Shown here piece after piece: positions 1 through 12,627 of a stretch of 64,000 nt of DNA. Each line of letters begins with the position of its first letter. Positions within the stretch are counted from its first letter, which is position 1. A program made the position numbers and the translations under genes. The stretch spans positions 92,380,001-92,444,000 of the forward strand of contig OZ024742.1 in assembly GCA_964016885.1 (NCBI GenBank). Direction: 5' to 3'. The stretch comes from Eledone cirrhosa. Lineage: Eukaryota. The notes beneath the pieces are model-generated. The model did not search any database, was not told the DNA's origin, and saw only the letters and a list, made by a program, of their open reading frames with translations.

Positions 1-308
1 GCGTGTGTATGCATCTATGTTAAGAGACGTGCACGAATACGTAAGAGTGCATATAAATTAAAGTGTGTTTTTGTGTATTAATGTGTTCATATTTGTGTTA
101 ATGCTTTGTGTGTGTGTATATATACCAGGTAAGGGTCGTTAGGGCGTTATATTTCAAATTCCTTACTATTTGTTCCGGTTTACTGCACTCTGAGTTCAAA
201 TCTCGTCCATGTCAACTTTGCCTTTCATCTTTACTGGGTCAATAAACAAATTACCAGTCCAGTACTACGGTTGGTTCTCCTTCGATTTCTTTTGATCATT
301 TTCTCCCA

Positions 309-404
<96 letters not shown>

Positions 405-533
405 GTGAGGTTTTTTTTACAAAATGAAAAATAACCGAGGTGTCCTACACGAGTGAAAGTATAAAGAAAAAAGATGAAATCGAAAATGCAACTGGAGTCT
501 TATTTTTAAAATATATATATATTTATTTGGTTC

Positions 534-569
534 CTTTACCGGTTTCGCAGTTCTTCTGCTTTTCAAAAG
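534..569 (-). ncRNA. Minimal type I hammerhead ribozyme motif (U3-A8 variant)
   Basis: Minus strand reads CUU-UUGAAAA-GCAG(AAGAA)CUGC-GAA-ACCGGU-A-AAG: stem I CUU/AAG, stem II GCAG/CUGC, palindromic stem III ACCGGU, GUA triplet, AATAAA just downstream. Identical copy at 6523-6558. Confidence 0.7.
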
Positions 570-612
570 TAGAGTTGAGATGGAGGGACTGTGGTTTTTC
601 TCACATTTTTCT

Positions 613-649
<37 letters not shown>

Positions 650-653
650 TTCT

Positions 654-741
<88 letters not shown>

Positions 742-1299
742 TTCATTCTTCCTCTTTTTCACATACACTTTCACTCTTCCCATCTAAAGTCGGATGGGCT
801 CTGCTAGGCTTAAAATGACAAAGGTACGCAGGGTGTCAGAAGGGCATGCCCATGACTCCAGCAGGAGTTAAGGGCCCTTGCTTCTGTTTCGTTTGTGCTT
901 GTGACTCTGAGCGTATGTATGTATAACGTGTGTTAATGTTTTTGTGTGAACATAAGTGTCTGTGTATACGTGTGTTGATGAATATGTGTTGATGTATGTG
1001 TGTTGATGTATGTGTGTGTATGAAAGTGTGTACATGTTTTGATGAGAATGTACGTGTGTTAATGTTTGCGTGTGTGTAGGTGTGTGTACGTGTGTACACG
1101 CGTGTGTGTATGTATGTAAGTGTATGTGTGTATTACTGTGTATAATTGACTGAGATAAAAGGTAGAATTATCAGAGACTTCAAAGCCAGGATAACCTGAC
1201 ATGATTAAAGAGGACATTATTTAATAGCTACTTCAAAATACAGCATAGAAAAGCAGCAGCAGTTAATGTTATTCATGATGTTTATCATTTAAATCAGCT

Positions 1300-1343
<44 letters not shown>

Positions 1344-1844
1344 GGTGTGTGTGTGTGTATATATATGTATATATTATAGGCGCGTGTGTGTGCATTCAAA
1401 CACAACATATATATAATGTTGTTTTCTTTTGTCAGTGATCTACCTAGAAGGAACGTTCCAATGTAAAACCTGAGTTTCATAAAGTATTCAGTCTTGTCAT
1501 AGTATTTATCACACTGAAGAAGAACTTCATGTAGCAAAAAGTGGAGGTAGTACTATGCAAGCTACATCCACTTTAAAAAATAATATTTCGCACAGGTACC
1601 TCTTGTACACTTTCCTCGTTGTTTAAGATCGTCGTAACTAGGAGTTGGTAGTAACCTAAAAATGCATCCATAATCTTAATTGAATTGTCTCACACAAAGT
1701 CAATATATGGCAGAAAGAGCTTGAGATCTTCTGGTGAACAGGTCCAGCACGACAGGGGCCCTAGGATGCTACAGCCTTGGCCCGGTTGTCATCTTGCTAC
1801 TGTGACAAACACAAAAATCAACCCCAAAAGAAACCTAGGGTCAG

Positions 1845-3578
1845 TATGAAGTTTGCTTGTTAGTATGTATGTACTCTTTTAGACAACAATAAGCCCGATA
1901 GAGTAGAGAGTCACACATAAATTGCAACAGAAATTGGTAAATATGATCTGGACATCGTTGCATTAGCTGAGACACGTCTACCTGGAGATGGGGAAATTAC
2001 TGAAAAACCATTAGGTTACACTTCCTTTTGGAAAGGTTTGCCTGAAAAGCAAAGGAAAGATTCAGGTGTTGGTTTTGCAATTAAAATCTCAATCCTAGAC
2101 TGTATCCAAGAATTTCAAAGTCCAAGCGGTGTATTTGAACGCATGATGTCTTTTCGGCTCCTGTTGAAATATCGATTCCGGACAATTGTGAGTGTTTATG
2201 AACCGACAATGTTACATTCCATAGAAAGTATTGAAAAATATTATCAGGATTTTGGGAATCTGGTGCGAAAGGTTCCAAAATAAGAGAGGCTAGTCATCAT
2301 GGGTGATTGAAGGCTAGAGTGAGGGGGGGGGGGAGATCATGAAGGTGGTCTGTTTTGGGGAAGCATGGCACTGGGAAATGGATTATCTCTTTTCACATTT
2401 TATACCGAACACCAGTTGGCTATCTCAAATACCTTCTTCAAACAAAAAGTGAAATATAAAAACATAGGGATACACCATAGGTCTAAGCGCTGGTACCTTC
2501 TTCACTATATATTAGCCCGCAAAGCAGCTCTGAATAACGTCACTAGTGTCCAAATAATGAGAGGTGCAGAATAAGCTCTGGAGGAAATTCATTTTCTCAA
2601 TCAGGCAAAATATCAGAAAGACGGGGGTCTAAAATACCAAAGATAATAAACACTGCAAGCTTCAAATCCCTTATGCTATTGAAAAGTGATTAAGATGGGC
2701 TTATAAGCATTACTTTCGAGTTTCAATTTACGAAGTTGCATCACGTACTTTGAGTTTCGGATCCAAGAAAGTGGCTCAATGGTTTGCTGATAATGACTTG
2801 GGAATGTCCAGACTTCTGCGTGAAAAACAAGATATGTACAAACACATTCTAGGAAAATCCGAAAATTCCAGCAAAAACAATAATTTTCAGGCTATTAAAT
2901 AAAACATTTGGAGCAGTCTTCCGCAAATGAAGGAAAATTGGTGGCACCAGAAATGCCAATAAAGCACAAGTGTCTGCAGACTGCAAATAGTCTAAAGCCT
3001 TCATTTCATATATAAAAGAGGTATTTGGTCCTAGATCAGCAGGACATGCCCCGTAAAATCGGTTGATGGACAATAACTCTTTACGGATATTATATCCATA
3101 CAAGAACGTTGGGTGCAACATTACTCTAATCTTCTTAATAGGCCATCAAATGTGAATATGGACACAATTGAGAGAATGGACAACCTTCCAGACATTGAGG
3201 AAATGTCTGCTGAGCCGCAACTGTGAAGAAAATAAATAACAATAAATCTCCCGGTATCGATTGTATCAGTTCAAAAATATTGAAATTTGGGGGACAGAGG
3301 ATGATCGAAATGCTTCACGCACTACTTTTGCATTGCTGGAGAGTGGAGGAAGTTCCAAAGGATTGGGTTTGTGCTATTTTAATATCACTTTTTATATCTG
3401 GTCCTAAAAATTAATGTGGTAGCTTTCGTGGCATATTTTATTTGTTGTTGGAAAGGTACTCTCGTGTATTATTTCAGAGCGTCTTCACAAATTCACCGTC
3501 CTAAGAGCTGTGCCAGAATCACAGTGTTGTTTTCGCCCCTCTCGCGGGACAGTTAATATGATTTTCACTATCCGCATA
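1845..3578 (+). pseudogene. Decayed RTE-clade LINE ORF (APE endonuclease and start of RT)
   Basis: Translations include YDLDIVALAETRLPGDG, GYTSFWKG, GVGFAIK, ISNTFF, KSPGIDCI and PESQCCFRPSRGT. Many stops and frameshifts; 3' truncated. Confidence 0.85.
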
Positions 3579-3580
3579 TG

Positions 3581-3860
3581 TTATGCGGGTGACTGTGACC
3601 TAATAGGCCACACTGAGGAGGGCTTGCAAAACCGGGTCTGTGAATTCAACGCTGCTTGTGATATGTTTGGTCTTATGTGAGAAACATAAATGCCATTGTG
3701 GAGCTGTAGTTGATGAGTTCGGCTTGCACTCATTGTCATGCCGCCAACGTGCAGTCTATCACCCTCTACCCTTTCCTCTTTCATTCTTCCTTTACTCTTC
3801 CCCTCGTTTTCCTTTCAGTTATGGCACTTATAGTCCTTTCCAATTCTGCTCTAGGGTACT
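3581..3860 (+). mobile_element. CRE-clade LINE 3' fragment, internally deleted
   Basis: CEKHKCHCGAVVDEFGLHSLSCR resembles CEPHKCRCEAAVDKFGLHILSCR at 5121-5462. The pyrimidine-rich tail resembles 45330-45400. Confidence 0.7.
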
Positions 3861-3999
3861 GTAAAGTGAGAATGATAAAGCAAATCAATAGTTTTTCACA
3901 TATATTTCATAATATTTCGATAAAGAGATCCTAACCTCAAAATATGAAATTAGGGTTAAAATTATGGTTTTGTTTTATCATTCTTACTTTATTCTGCAT

Positions 4000-4181
4000 G
4001 GCGGTTGATTGGCAGTATCGGTAGAGCGTCGGATAACATGCATATAATTACATCCCAAAACTTCATAGTTTAAATCCCACCTTACGGGGTCCATAAAATA
4101 AAGCACTAGTAATGCACTGAGTCGATTTAGTCGCCTTTCCCCGCTCCCAAAATTGTTGGTTTTCTGCCTAAAACAGAAACC
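4000..4181 (+). mobile_element. tRNA-type SINE (family A), diverged
   Basis: ggcggttgattggcagtatcggtagagc head and ccttacggggtccataaaataaag core shared with about 20 copies in the window. Confidence 0.75.
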
Positions 4182-4485
4182 ATTCATAATTTCCTCTACT
4201 ATATTTCAATCATTATATCATATGACTTATTCACATGATGTCGGCTTTCCAAATACCTTCTTATTGATATAAGTGTTGTTCGTTGTTAAACAGTCTAAAT
4301 GTATTTATTATAAAGACTCAGTCAGATTTTGACACAATATGAATTGTGTCTAAAAAGGATATTTGCACTATCTTATATTTATTTTTTTTAAATACCTGAT
4401 AAAAAAGCAGCAAGTATTTTTGATTATTTTATGTCATGAACGTGTATTATTTCAGAGCGTCTTCACAAATTCACCGTCCTAAGAA

Positions 4486-5855
4486 CTAAAATTTAGTAGG
4501 AAAAATCAAGAAAAAAAAGGGGAAACAAAAGGAAAGAAAGAATAGGGAAATATAGTTTTTAAAAAAAAGGTGAGAAAGAAAGAAGAAAAAGAATAGGAAG
4601 GGGGAGGTGGATTGCAAGAGCTCTGGTGTCACAGAAGAGGGGGGGTTGAGCTTTGGGCCTCGAGCAAGAGGGCAGAAGTGCTGCGCCCCGCTGACAAGAC
4701 CTCAAAAGCATTCCCCGGGGGGCGATGGCCAGTGACACCCGCTGCAAAACAGTCACCCAACCTCGCGGGGCTCCCACTTCAGACAGGCCGCCGACGCTCT
4801 GATCTTGAGGAGGAGCTCGACAGTACGGGGTCCAAGAACGCCTGAGGTCTCGACGGCGACCGGTGCGAAGAGGAAGCGGCTGGACAAACCCCGGTATTTG
4901 TTTATTATACGTTCTGCTGCGAGGCGGGCTGCGATGCCGGGGTTTGTGGCCGAAGCGACTAAGTTCGAGGCAGAGAATGTGTCGCAGAAGGTAGCGTCCC
5001 AGCTGAGGGATCTACCTCCTTCGAATAGGAAGACGGTGATTCCGTCGGGGCGCTTGCCATCTCCGAGGTCTTGGCCAGCTAGCTCCAGTTGAGATGGAAA
5101 GCCAGCTGCGTCCAGGCTTCTCAATATGTCGTTGAGAGCGGCGTGTCTGGCAAGACAGACAAGCGGCAAGACAGAATGTGCAGGCCGAACTTGTCAACAG
5201 CCGCCTCGCAGCGGCATTTATGTGGCTCACACACGCGGAGGCCAATGCGTTGGGCTACTCCGATGCGAGTGCACTCATCATCAAGTGGGGTACCGGTTGA
5301 TGAGGAGGCCACCGAATTGAGCCACGTGCCGCTGTTGAGCTGAGAAGCGGAGCTGAGGCAGGCAAGGCGGTGTTGATCCAAGCCAGACTCGATACATCTG
5401 ACAGGACCTGCAATTAATGTCGTCCCAGTTACGTTGGACCAGTAGGCCAGAGCCTGTTCCATCTCGGAGGCCAGGTCAGGTTCGGCCGTCTGGCTGACAA
5501 CCTCGACGAGGGCGTGACAAGAGGAGATAGAGGAGAGGTAGGCAGGGAAAGCTAGGTCCGAAGCTGATCGGAAGCCAAGGCCAACAAACCTCGCTGGGAG
5601 TGTCGCCTGTTGCCAGGCTGCGCTGTCGAAACTGACATTACAGATGCGTTCCGCACAGCGTCAAATGGTGGTGGTGTCAAATTCCCCGAGATCTGCGTGG
5701 GGGTGGCAAGGTGCACCGAGCAGCGTGAATGTGAGTTTGGGGATGGTGAAACAGTTGCTCAAGAGGAAGAGCGCGAGGTGAGCATCAATAAGGTGCACCC
5801 TTTCTGCTAATCGGGACAAATCCACGTGCTTGGTCTCCAGGCATTCTCTTGCCCC
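4486..5855 (-). mobile_element. 5'-truncated CRE-clade non-LTR retrotransposon (RT thumb, zinc knuckle, RLE endonuclease, 3' UTR)
   Basis: Peptides LLSNCFTIPKL, WQQATLP..GLG, SGTWL, CRC..GLHILSC, RHAALND, KRPDG, WDAT, KYRGL and PVAVETSG (PD..D RLE motifs). GC-rich relative to the flanks; frameshifted. Confidence 0.8.
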
Positions 5856-6208
5856 ACGAAAATCTATATCAATAACATTCTTGATTACTTTCATGTATAA
5901 CTCAAACTTTCCATGTCTATTTTATTGCATTTTGTTATTTGATCAGTTTGGTGAGCTTCCGATACTGCAAACTGCATACCAAATGATGCATTGGCATACA
6001 GCTTGTACGATGTATTGAATTTCGTAGTTGTAACTTCCGGTTTTGTTAGTTACTCGCCCTCTTAAATATGCTAAAAATTAGATTCCAGCATTTTTTTTTC
6101 TGTTTTACAGGATCAGTTACATTGGACTGAGACGTGTTTGTTAAGACATAGTTAGAATACTTGCTAACTATATTATTATTAATCCACATCTGCAATCACA
6201 TATACGCT

Positions 6209-6209
<1 letters not shown>

Positions 6210-6287
<78 letters not shown>

Positions 6288-6440
6288 TATATATATATAC
6301 AACATTATAATTGTATATAAATTATATAATTATATATATATAAGTATAAATATTATTATTACTATTATATATACATATATATATATATATACACACATAT
6401 ATATATATATATATGCATATATGTATACATACATATATTT

Positions 6441-6499
<59 letters not shown>

Positions 6500-6628
6500 A
6501 CAAACCCTCCATCTCAACTCTACTTTTGAAAAGCAGAAGAACTGCGAAACCGGTAAAGGAACCAAATAAATATATATATTTTTTTTTTAATAAGACACCA
6601 GTTGCATTTTCGATTTCATCTTTTTTTC

Positions 6629-6660
<32 letters not shown>

Positions 6661-6711
6661 TATACATATATATACATATATATATATATATACATATATG
6701 TATATACATAC
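6210..6711. repeat. (TA)n/(TACA)n microsatellite tract containing a ~135 bp hammerhead module
   Basis: Direct reading; 6495-6630 is the reverse complement of about 465-597. Confidence 0.9.
6523..6558 (+). ncRNA. Minimal type I hammerhead ribozyme motif (U3-A8 variant)
   Basis: CTT TTGAAAA GCAG AAGAA CTGC GAA ACCGGT A AAG, followed by AATAAA. Confidence 0.7.
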
Positions 6712-7306
6712 ATGTCAGGTCACCACTTGGTGCTACTGGTAACATGTATCCCAGTACAACCTGTCTCATGGTCGGGTCGTTGGCGACTAAACTGGCAACC
6801 CCACCAAGGTTTCTTGGTGAGGAGGGTGACTTTGGACATCCTGCAGGACTAAAAACAAAACCTGTCAAAGGACCAAGGAGCTCTTAAGAGTCAATGGCCA
6901 TCCAAAATCACTGGGAGAGATGACCCCTTAGCCTTAGGAGAAGGAAAACGTTGATATAACACCTGCAACCCTGATGGTATCCAATGATGTTGACTTGTTC
7001 TTCTTTTTGGTAAATATCATCTTGGTTAAGAGAGTGGGACTGGCTTTGTGCAGTGCCTTTGCTCACTATAAAAGCTTCACGGTACAGGCATTGCTTTATA
7101 TCTGGAGATCTCTCTGCACTTGCCGTCACATGGTACCATGGGCCCAGCACTATGTGTCAATAATTGTCACAAGTGTAGTGTTTGTACCAGAGTTTTCAAG
7201 TCGCTGGCTGGACTAAAAAGTCACATTCGTTCAGCGTATCGGTGGGGGTTCTCCTACATGGATATAAAGTAGTGGCCGTACTCGAAAACGAGTTGGCAGC
7301 CACCAT
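6712..7306 (+). mobile_element. Non-autonomous RTE-derived element (~600 bp), copy 1
   Basis: Near-identical to 30028-30617 and 40970-41577. RTE-like 5' UTR motif ggagaaggaaaa, a C-terminal remnant CSVCTRVFKSLAGLKSH, and a 3' hairpin ctcg-aaaa-cgag. Flanked by TA/CATA repeats. Confidence 0.75.
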
Positions 7307-7364
7307 ATACATACACATATATATATATACATACATATATATATATACATACATACATATGTAT

Positions 7365-7455
<91 letters not shown>

Positions 7456-7717
7456 TCCCTCCTCCGTTCATTGTTATGTCAAAACATATAGATATGTAAG
7501 TATTTATTATGTATGTATCAGTCAAGTGTTTATTAGTCTGTTTCTGTATATGCAGCGGTGGTGTAACTAAGGGGACCCCCCCCCCCCCCCATAGTTCTGT
7601 TATTCTCCCCAAACTACCAAAACATACATCTATTTGTATATGCGCTACAATTTATGTACATGTTTTGTTTATCGAAAATCGAAGTTTTTTTTAATATGTT
7701 GGTTAATATTTGATAAT

Positions 7718-7905
7718 AATTGTTTCTACTACTGGCACAAGGCCAGCAAATACCCAGTACATGACTGGTACTTTATTTTATCGACCCCGTAAGGATGAAA
7801 GGCAAAGTTAACCTCGGCGGGATTTGAACTCAGAATGGAAAGGGCTGTAACTCTATGCGTCAAAGCATGGCGTCCGACCCTCTACCGATACTGCCAATCC
7901 ACCGC
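7718..7905 (-). mobile_element. SINE family A, full length
   Basis: Reverse complement of the family consensus; B-box-like gagttcaaatccc and core gcctttcatccttacggggtcgataaaat (Meta/MESC-like core, from recall). Confidence 0.85.
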
Positions 7906-7924
7906 ATTATCTTAACCTACAAAT

Positions 7925-8055
7925 GACCCTTTACGTTCTAAGTTCAAATCCCGCCAAGTTTAACTTTGCCTTTCATCCTTAAGGGGTTGATAAAATAAAG
8001 TACCAGTAATGCACTGGGATAATTGTTGGCCTTGTGCCAAAAGTAGAAACAATTA
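7925..8055 (+). mobile_element. SINE family A, 5' truncated, with target-site duplication
   Basis: attatcttaacctaca occurs on both sides (about 7906-7921 and 8052-8067). Confidence 0.8.
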
Positions 8056-8297
8056 TCTTAACCTACATAGTAAATTTGTTTGGTGACTTGTTTCGGTAAC
8101 TTGTTTCGGTAACTTTTTCTCCACATACCACTATTGGCCAATTGCTAGTTTGTGTATTCAGAGACAGATTTTATAGGACATTTTGTTATAATCACTTTAT
8201 CACTACAACTAAATTGACCAAATTTACCCCCCCCCCCCCTTCATTCAGAAATGCTTCCACCGCCCCTGTATATATATATATATAGACATATACACAT

Positions 8298-8650
8298 ACA
8301 CTTAGGTCCCAAATAATAGGGGAGGGGGAATTTGATGAAATTCTTTTAAGCGGCGGTGGGGAATCGGTAATTGTATAGTGTACTTTCGTAAATATGGATT
8401 TCTTGTAATGTTCTTTTTTTCTCATATATAATGTTGTTGTTTTTTTTATCTAAAATAGAATTATTATTAGATTCTCCAGTTGTTGTATCAATATGAATCA
8501 CTTACAATAAAATTTCGCCAGAGATAGATTAGCAAAATTTAATAAGCGAGGGGAGTTGGAATAAAAACGGGCGTTGGGGGTTGGAAAAAATCTGAAAAAT
8601 TAATAAGCGTGATGGGGGGGGGGGGGGCGATTATTCAAGAGCTGAGAGTA
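8298..8650. mobile_element. MITE (Tc1/pogo-like, TA ends)
   Basis: Imperfect TIRs tacacttaggtcccaaataat / attattcaagagctgagagta; related copy at 37118-37498. Confidence 0.5.
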
Positions 8651-8909
8651 CGTGAATTATTGACGGACATAAGAATGAAAACTCAATATCGAAGTAGAGT
8701 TTAAATATTCATTTATTAAGACTAAGTAATGAACATTGTTACTCTGGAGTTTCACCTCCGTACTCACAGGACCATCAGATAAGACTGGTGATCCTCTGGG
8801 TGCGCAGGGGAAACTTTAGAGTAACAAAGCTCACCCATAGCCATAATAAATGAACCTAATAAACTTTCATTTGTACTGCCTCTCTGTTTTTGTTCCCGTC
8901 CAAGTTTTC

Positions 8910-9050
<141 letters not shown>

Positions 9051-10447
9051 GAGATGAATAAATTGGGTATAACACCAGTTTCTTACCAAATGCAAAGAAG
9101 CTCGATATATTAACCCCTTAGGAAAGGATACAGAGCATAATTTTTTTTAAATTATATATATATATATATGTATGTATATATACAAAGATGGTGGCCCAGG
9201 GTTGGGGGACATACCCCTCCCCCAACCACCACCTCCACCACCAATAGTTATATTTTTCTCCACAAACTACCAAAACATATATCAATCTGGATATGCGCAA
9301 CAATTTATGTATATATTATGTTTATCGTATATAGAAGTCTTCTGACCATTTTAAAGGGCAAAGAGATAAACTAATTACGACAACTAAATTGCCCAATTAC
9401 CCCCTCCAATTCAGAAATGCTTCCACCCCACCGACACTGATATATATATTGTTTCTTTTTCTTTCTTTTCTTTTTATTTCAAGATAAAATGGCCAGATTG
9501 TTCAATATTAATACGGAGACAAAAATTCCAATTGTAATAAATGTACCAATCAACACTCTTATACAACAAAATATATATTACCTGTCTGGTTATGTTGCAA
9601 ATAAAATACATATAGTTTCGTGGTTGTTCGTTAACTAATTTCTAAGTGCAAGCCAAATACACACATAGACAACATCCATTTTTATATATAAACAGACATA
9701 TTGTATTTGGATTCATATACATCTTTATAACGAACATGTCATGGTACAAGTTCTATAAAGTATAAATAATCTCACAAGAGTAATTTCCACCTTCTTCAAA
9801 AACTTCAGCAGAATTCTCGTATGCAAATGACTGTCTTCTGAATATGAATTTCTGGTATCCTCATACAACTTCTCAATATTTTTTCTATAAAATTCTTCAG
9901 TCAACAATTATTTGTCCATAAGATTAAATATGCCTGTGTTAGGCAACATTTTTACCCAAGACCGGTCAAAGTATATCAACTAAATATAAGACGACGCAGA
10001 CATAGCAACCCAAAGAAGAGTTACAAACAAAAGGTATTTTGAACTACTTTCAAATTAGGCCAAAATGACAGAAAAGGCTTAGAAAAGGGACAAGAAAACA
10101 TTCTGAACAAAGATTTATCAAATTTTCCTTCCAATAAATATGACAATTGATATTAAGGTAGTAATGATTAACTATACACAGGTGTTCTTTTTCGTGTTAG
10201 AAAGCAAGTGTGTATGATTAAACTTGGAACAGTGATTGTATTCTGAGAAAACAAAACAGGTAATTTATCTATGGATGCCGCGAGAGGACACATTTGATTA
10301 ATATTTATAAATATGTACAAATAGTCGGATATTTAAGTATCAACAGTAACATATTATTTACAAATTATTTATTGTTTACAGTTAACATGCTTCTAATCTG
10401 TGTCTGCGCTAATTGTTAAAGTGTATACTATATCGTGATGTAATATA

Positions 10448-10761
10448 CCCGTAACTCCTGGAGTAGTCGTAGGGTCACCGTTGTGACATACGTCATTTTA
10501 AAACCTGGAAGAGCCCATCTCTCCAAGCCTGAATACAGCAGATTTCTTCTAGAGAAGGATAAAAAGTGAGAGAAAGGAAGTGAGAAAGAGATATAGAGGA
10601 AGAATCGACTCCAGCACTAGACGGGTACATTTTTATCTTCCTCGAATGGATGAAAGGCAAAGTTGATCTAGAGGAGATTTGAACACAGATAGAAGAAAAC
10701 TGGAACGAATACCGCGTAACATACTATCCGACGTTCTAACGACTCCGCCAATTTGCTGCCT
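10448..10761 (-). mobile_element. Composite SINE (family A head/core with a different, LINE-like tail)
   Basis: Family A core joined through a purine tract to the cccatctctcc..ctgaatacagcagatttc segment and a terminal actcc..ggagt hairpin. Also at 29538-29800, 60790-61088 and 61237-61566. Confidence 0.6.
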
Positions 10762-10831
10762 AATATATCGTTTTACTGAAGTACAAATTCAAATTATAAC
10801 AGAGGCGATTGCCATTCATATCTAATTCTAC

Positions 10832-10877
10832 CTGTTGTTGCTGTTGTTGTTCCTGCTGCTGCTGTTGCAGTTGCTGC

Positions 10878-10949
<72 letters not shown>

Positions 10950-10970
10950 CGTCGCTGCCGCCGTCGCCGT
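10832..10970. repeat. (GTT)n/(GCT)n trinucleotide tract
   Basis: Direct reading. Confidence 0.95.
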
Positions 10971-11376
10971 CACCATCGCCGGCAAAGGCAAAGGGTGAAA
11001 GTCAATTTCCAAACATTAAACTGTTTTCAATAAATTCTCTAATATGTGTTTGTTAACATGATTTCAAATATTAACCAACATTAATCCCTTACTCTCCTGT
11101 ACAGCTGTAAGATGCACACATCTAAACACTAAGTAATACAAGTAATTCTTAATCATAATCATAGCTTCTTGTGGCTACCATAATGATTTCTACTATGTCT
11201 TGTGGCTATCATAATAAAATACAATTGTAGCATGCATGGTTATTTATGTTAATCGTTGGACTAAGTTATAGCTAGATGTCCAAATTGTGTACTGATCCAT
11301 TGTTCTTACTTTATACTCTGCAGTGTACCCTGAATATTCATAATACTACCACCCGATTATTTTAGATATAAATAAT

Positions 11377-11630
11377 AAGTTTATTGAAGGTCGCTTAAGT
11401 GGAGTGATATATTAATTGTAGGTCGCTTAAATGGAGTGATACGTTTATTGAAGGTCACTTAAGTGGAGTGATACGTTTATTGAAGGTCGCTTAAGTGGAG
11501 TGATAAATTTATTGAAGGTCGCTTAAATGGAGTGATACGTTTATTGAAGGTCGCTTAAGTGGAGTGATAAGTTTATTGAAGGTCGCTTAAGTGTAGTGAT
11601 AAGTTTATTGAAGGTCACTTAAGTGAAGTC
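11377..11630. repeat. 32-bp minisatellite, about 8 copies
   Basis: Unit acgtttattgaaggtcgcttaagtggagtgat, head to tail with no spacers. Confidence 0.9.
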
Positions 11631-12354
11631 ACCTTCTGCAACATGTGGAGGTAGTTCGTCAGTTTGCTCATGAGCTACGGGTTGGAAGCTTGAAGATTAT
11701 GTGCATAAATATTTGTGTTTGAAAGTCTTTTAGTGTAAAAACAGAATAAAACTGATGATTAAATGTACAATACATACATTTTTAAAATTTTGATTCACAT
11801 CACTACTTAGTAGCACATATATTATTGAGTAACATGTGGAATGAAGCTTTTATTTTCATCACTTCCATGTAGCTGAACCACCCAGTAAAACAGTAAAACA
11901 CAAACATCTTAAATCGACCAAAGAAATCTTTCGTATGTACACGTGGAGCATGAAGAGAAGGAAACTTTAATATTGAGGCAGCATTTTCAAGTTTTGCCTT
12001 GTATGCTTAATTCTAAATGTCTTATTTCACGAATAGACCCAGGATTCAGTTAATCATTCGGTTTATAATTGGAGTGTATTTAAAACAGGAATGGATTTGA
12101 AATATTGTAAATGTAATGTTTTGTATGCAAACACAAAAGGAAAAAAATGTTTCATTCAGTATCATAAGCTTCTTAGTTGCATGCAAATTACAATTACTGA
12201 CGTATCTGTTATAGGCTTGTGACATTGCAGCTTTATTTTGTTTGATAACAGAGTTATCTACTCTTTTCAATTAAAAATACAAAATGTATTTTCGATAATG
12301 TCGTACAGTTTGTTCCAGTGATTGAACAAATTGGGATTTTACATATCTCCCCAC

Positions 12355-12557
<203 letters not shown>

Positions 12558-12627
12558 TGTTATTAAATATGTTATGATGCAACATTGAATCATTGTTCCT
12601 TATCCTTATAGTAGATATGTATATATA

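Noticed and set aside
7718-7905. tRNA gene
   Set aside because: Only A/B-box-like SINE head; no cloverleaf, and multi-copy with a SINE core and tail
9725-9930. Protein-like minus-strand ORF with possible splice sites
   Set aside because: In-frame stop just upstream within the putative exon, and no recognisable domain
10201-10259. AG...GT-bounded 59-bp exon candidate
   Set aside because: Stops in all three frames; a UTR exon cannot be supported from sequence alone
11377-11630. 32-bp repeat array superficially like CRISPR
   Set aside because: Units are contiguous with no unique spacers, there are no cas genes, and the context is eukaryotic
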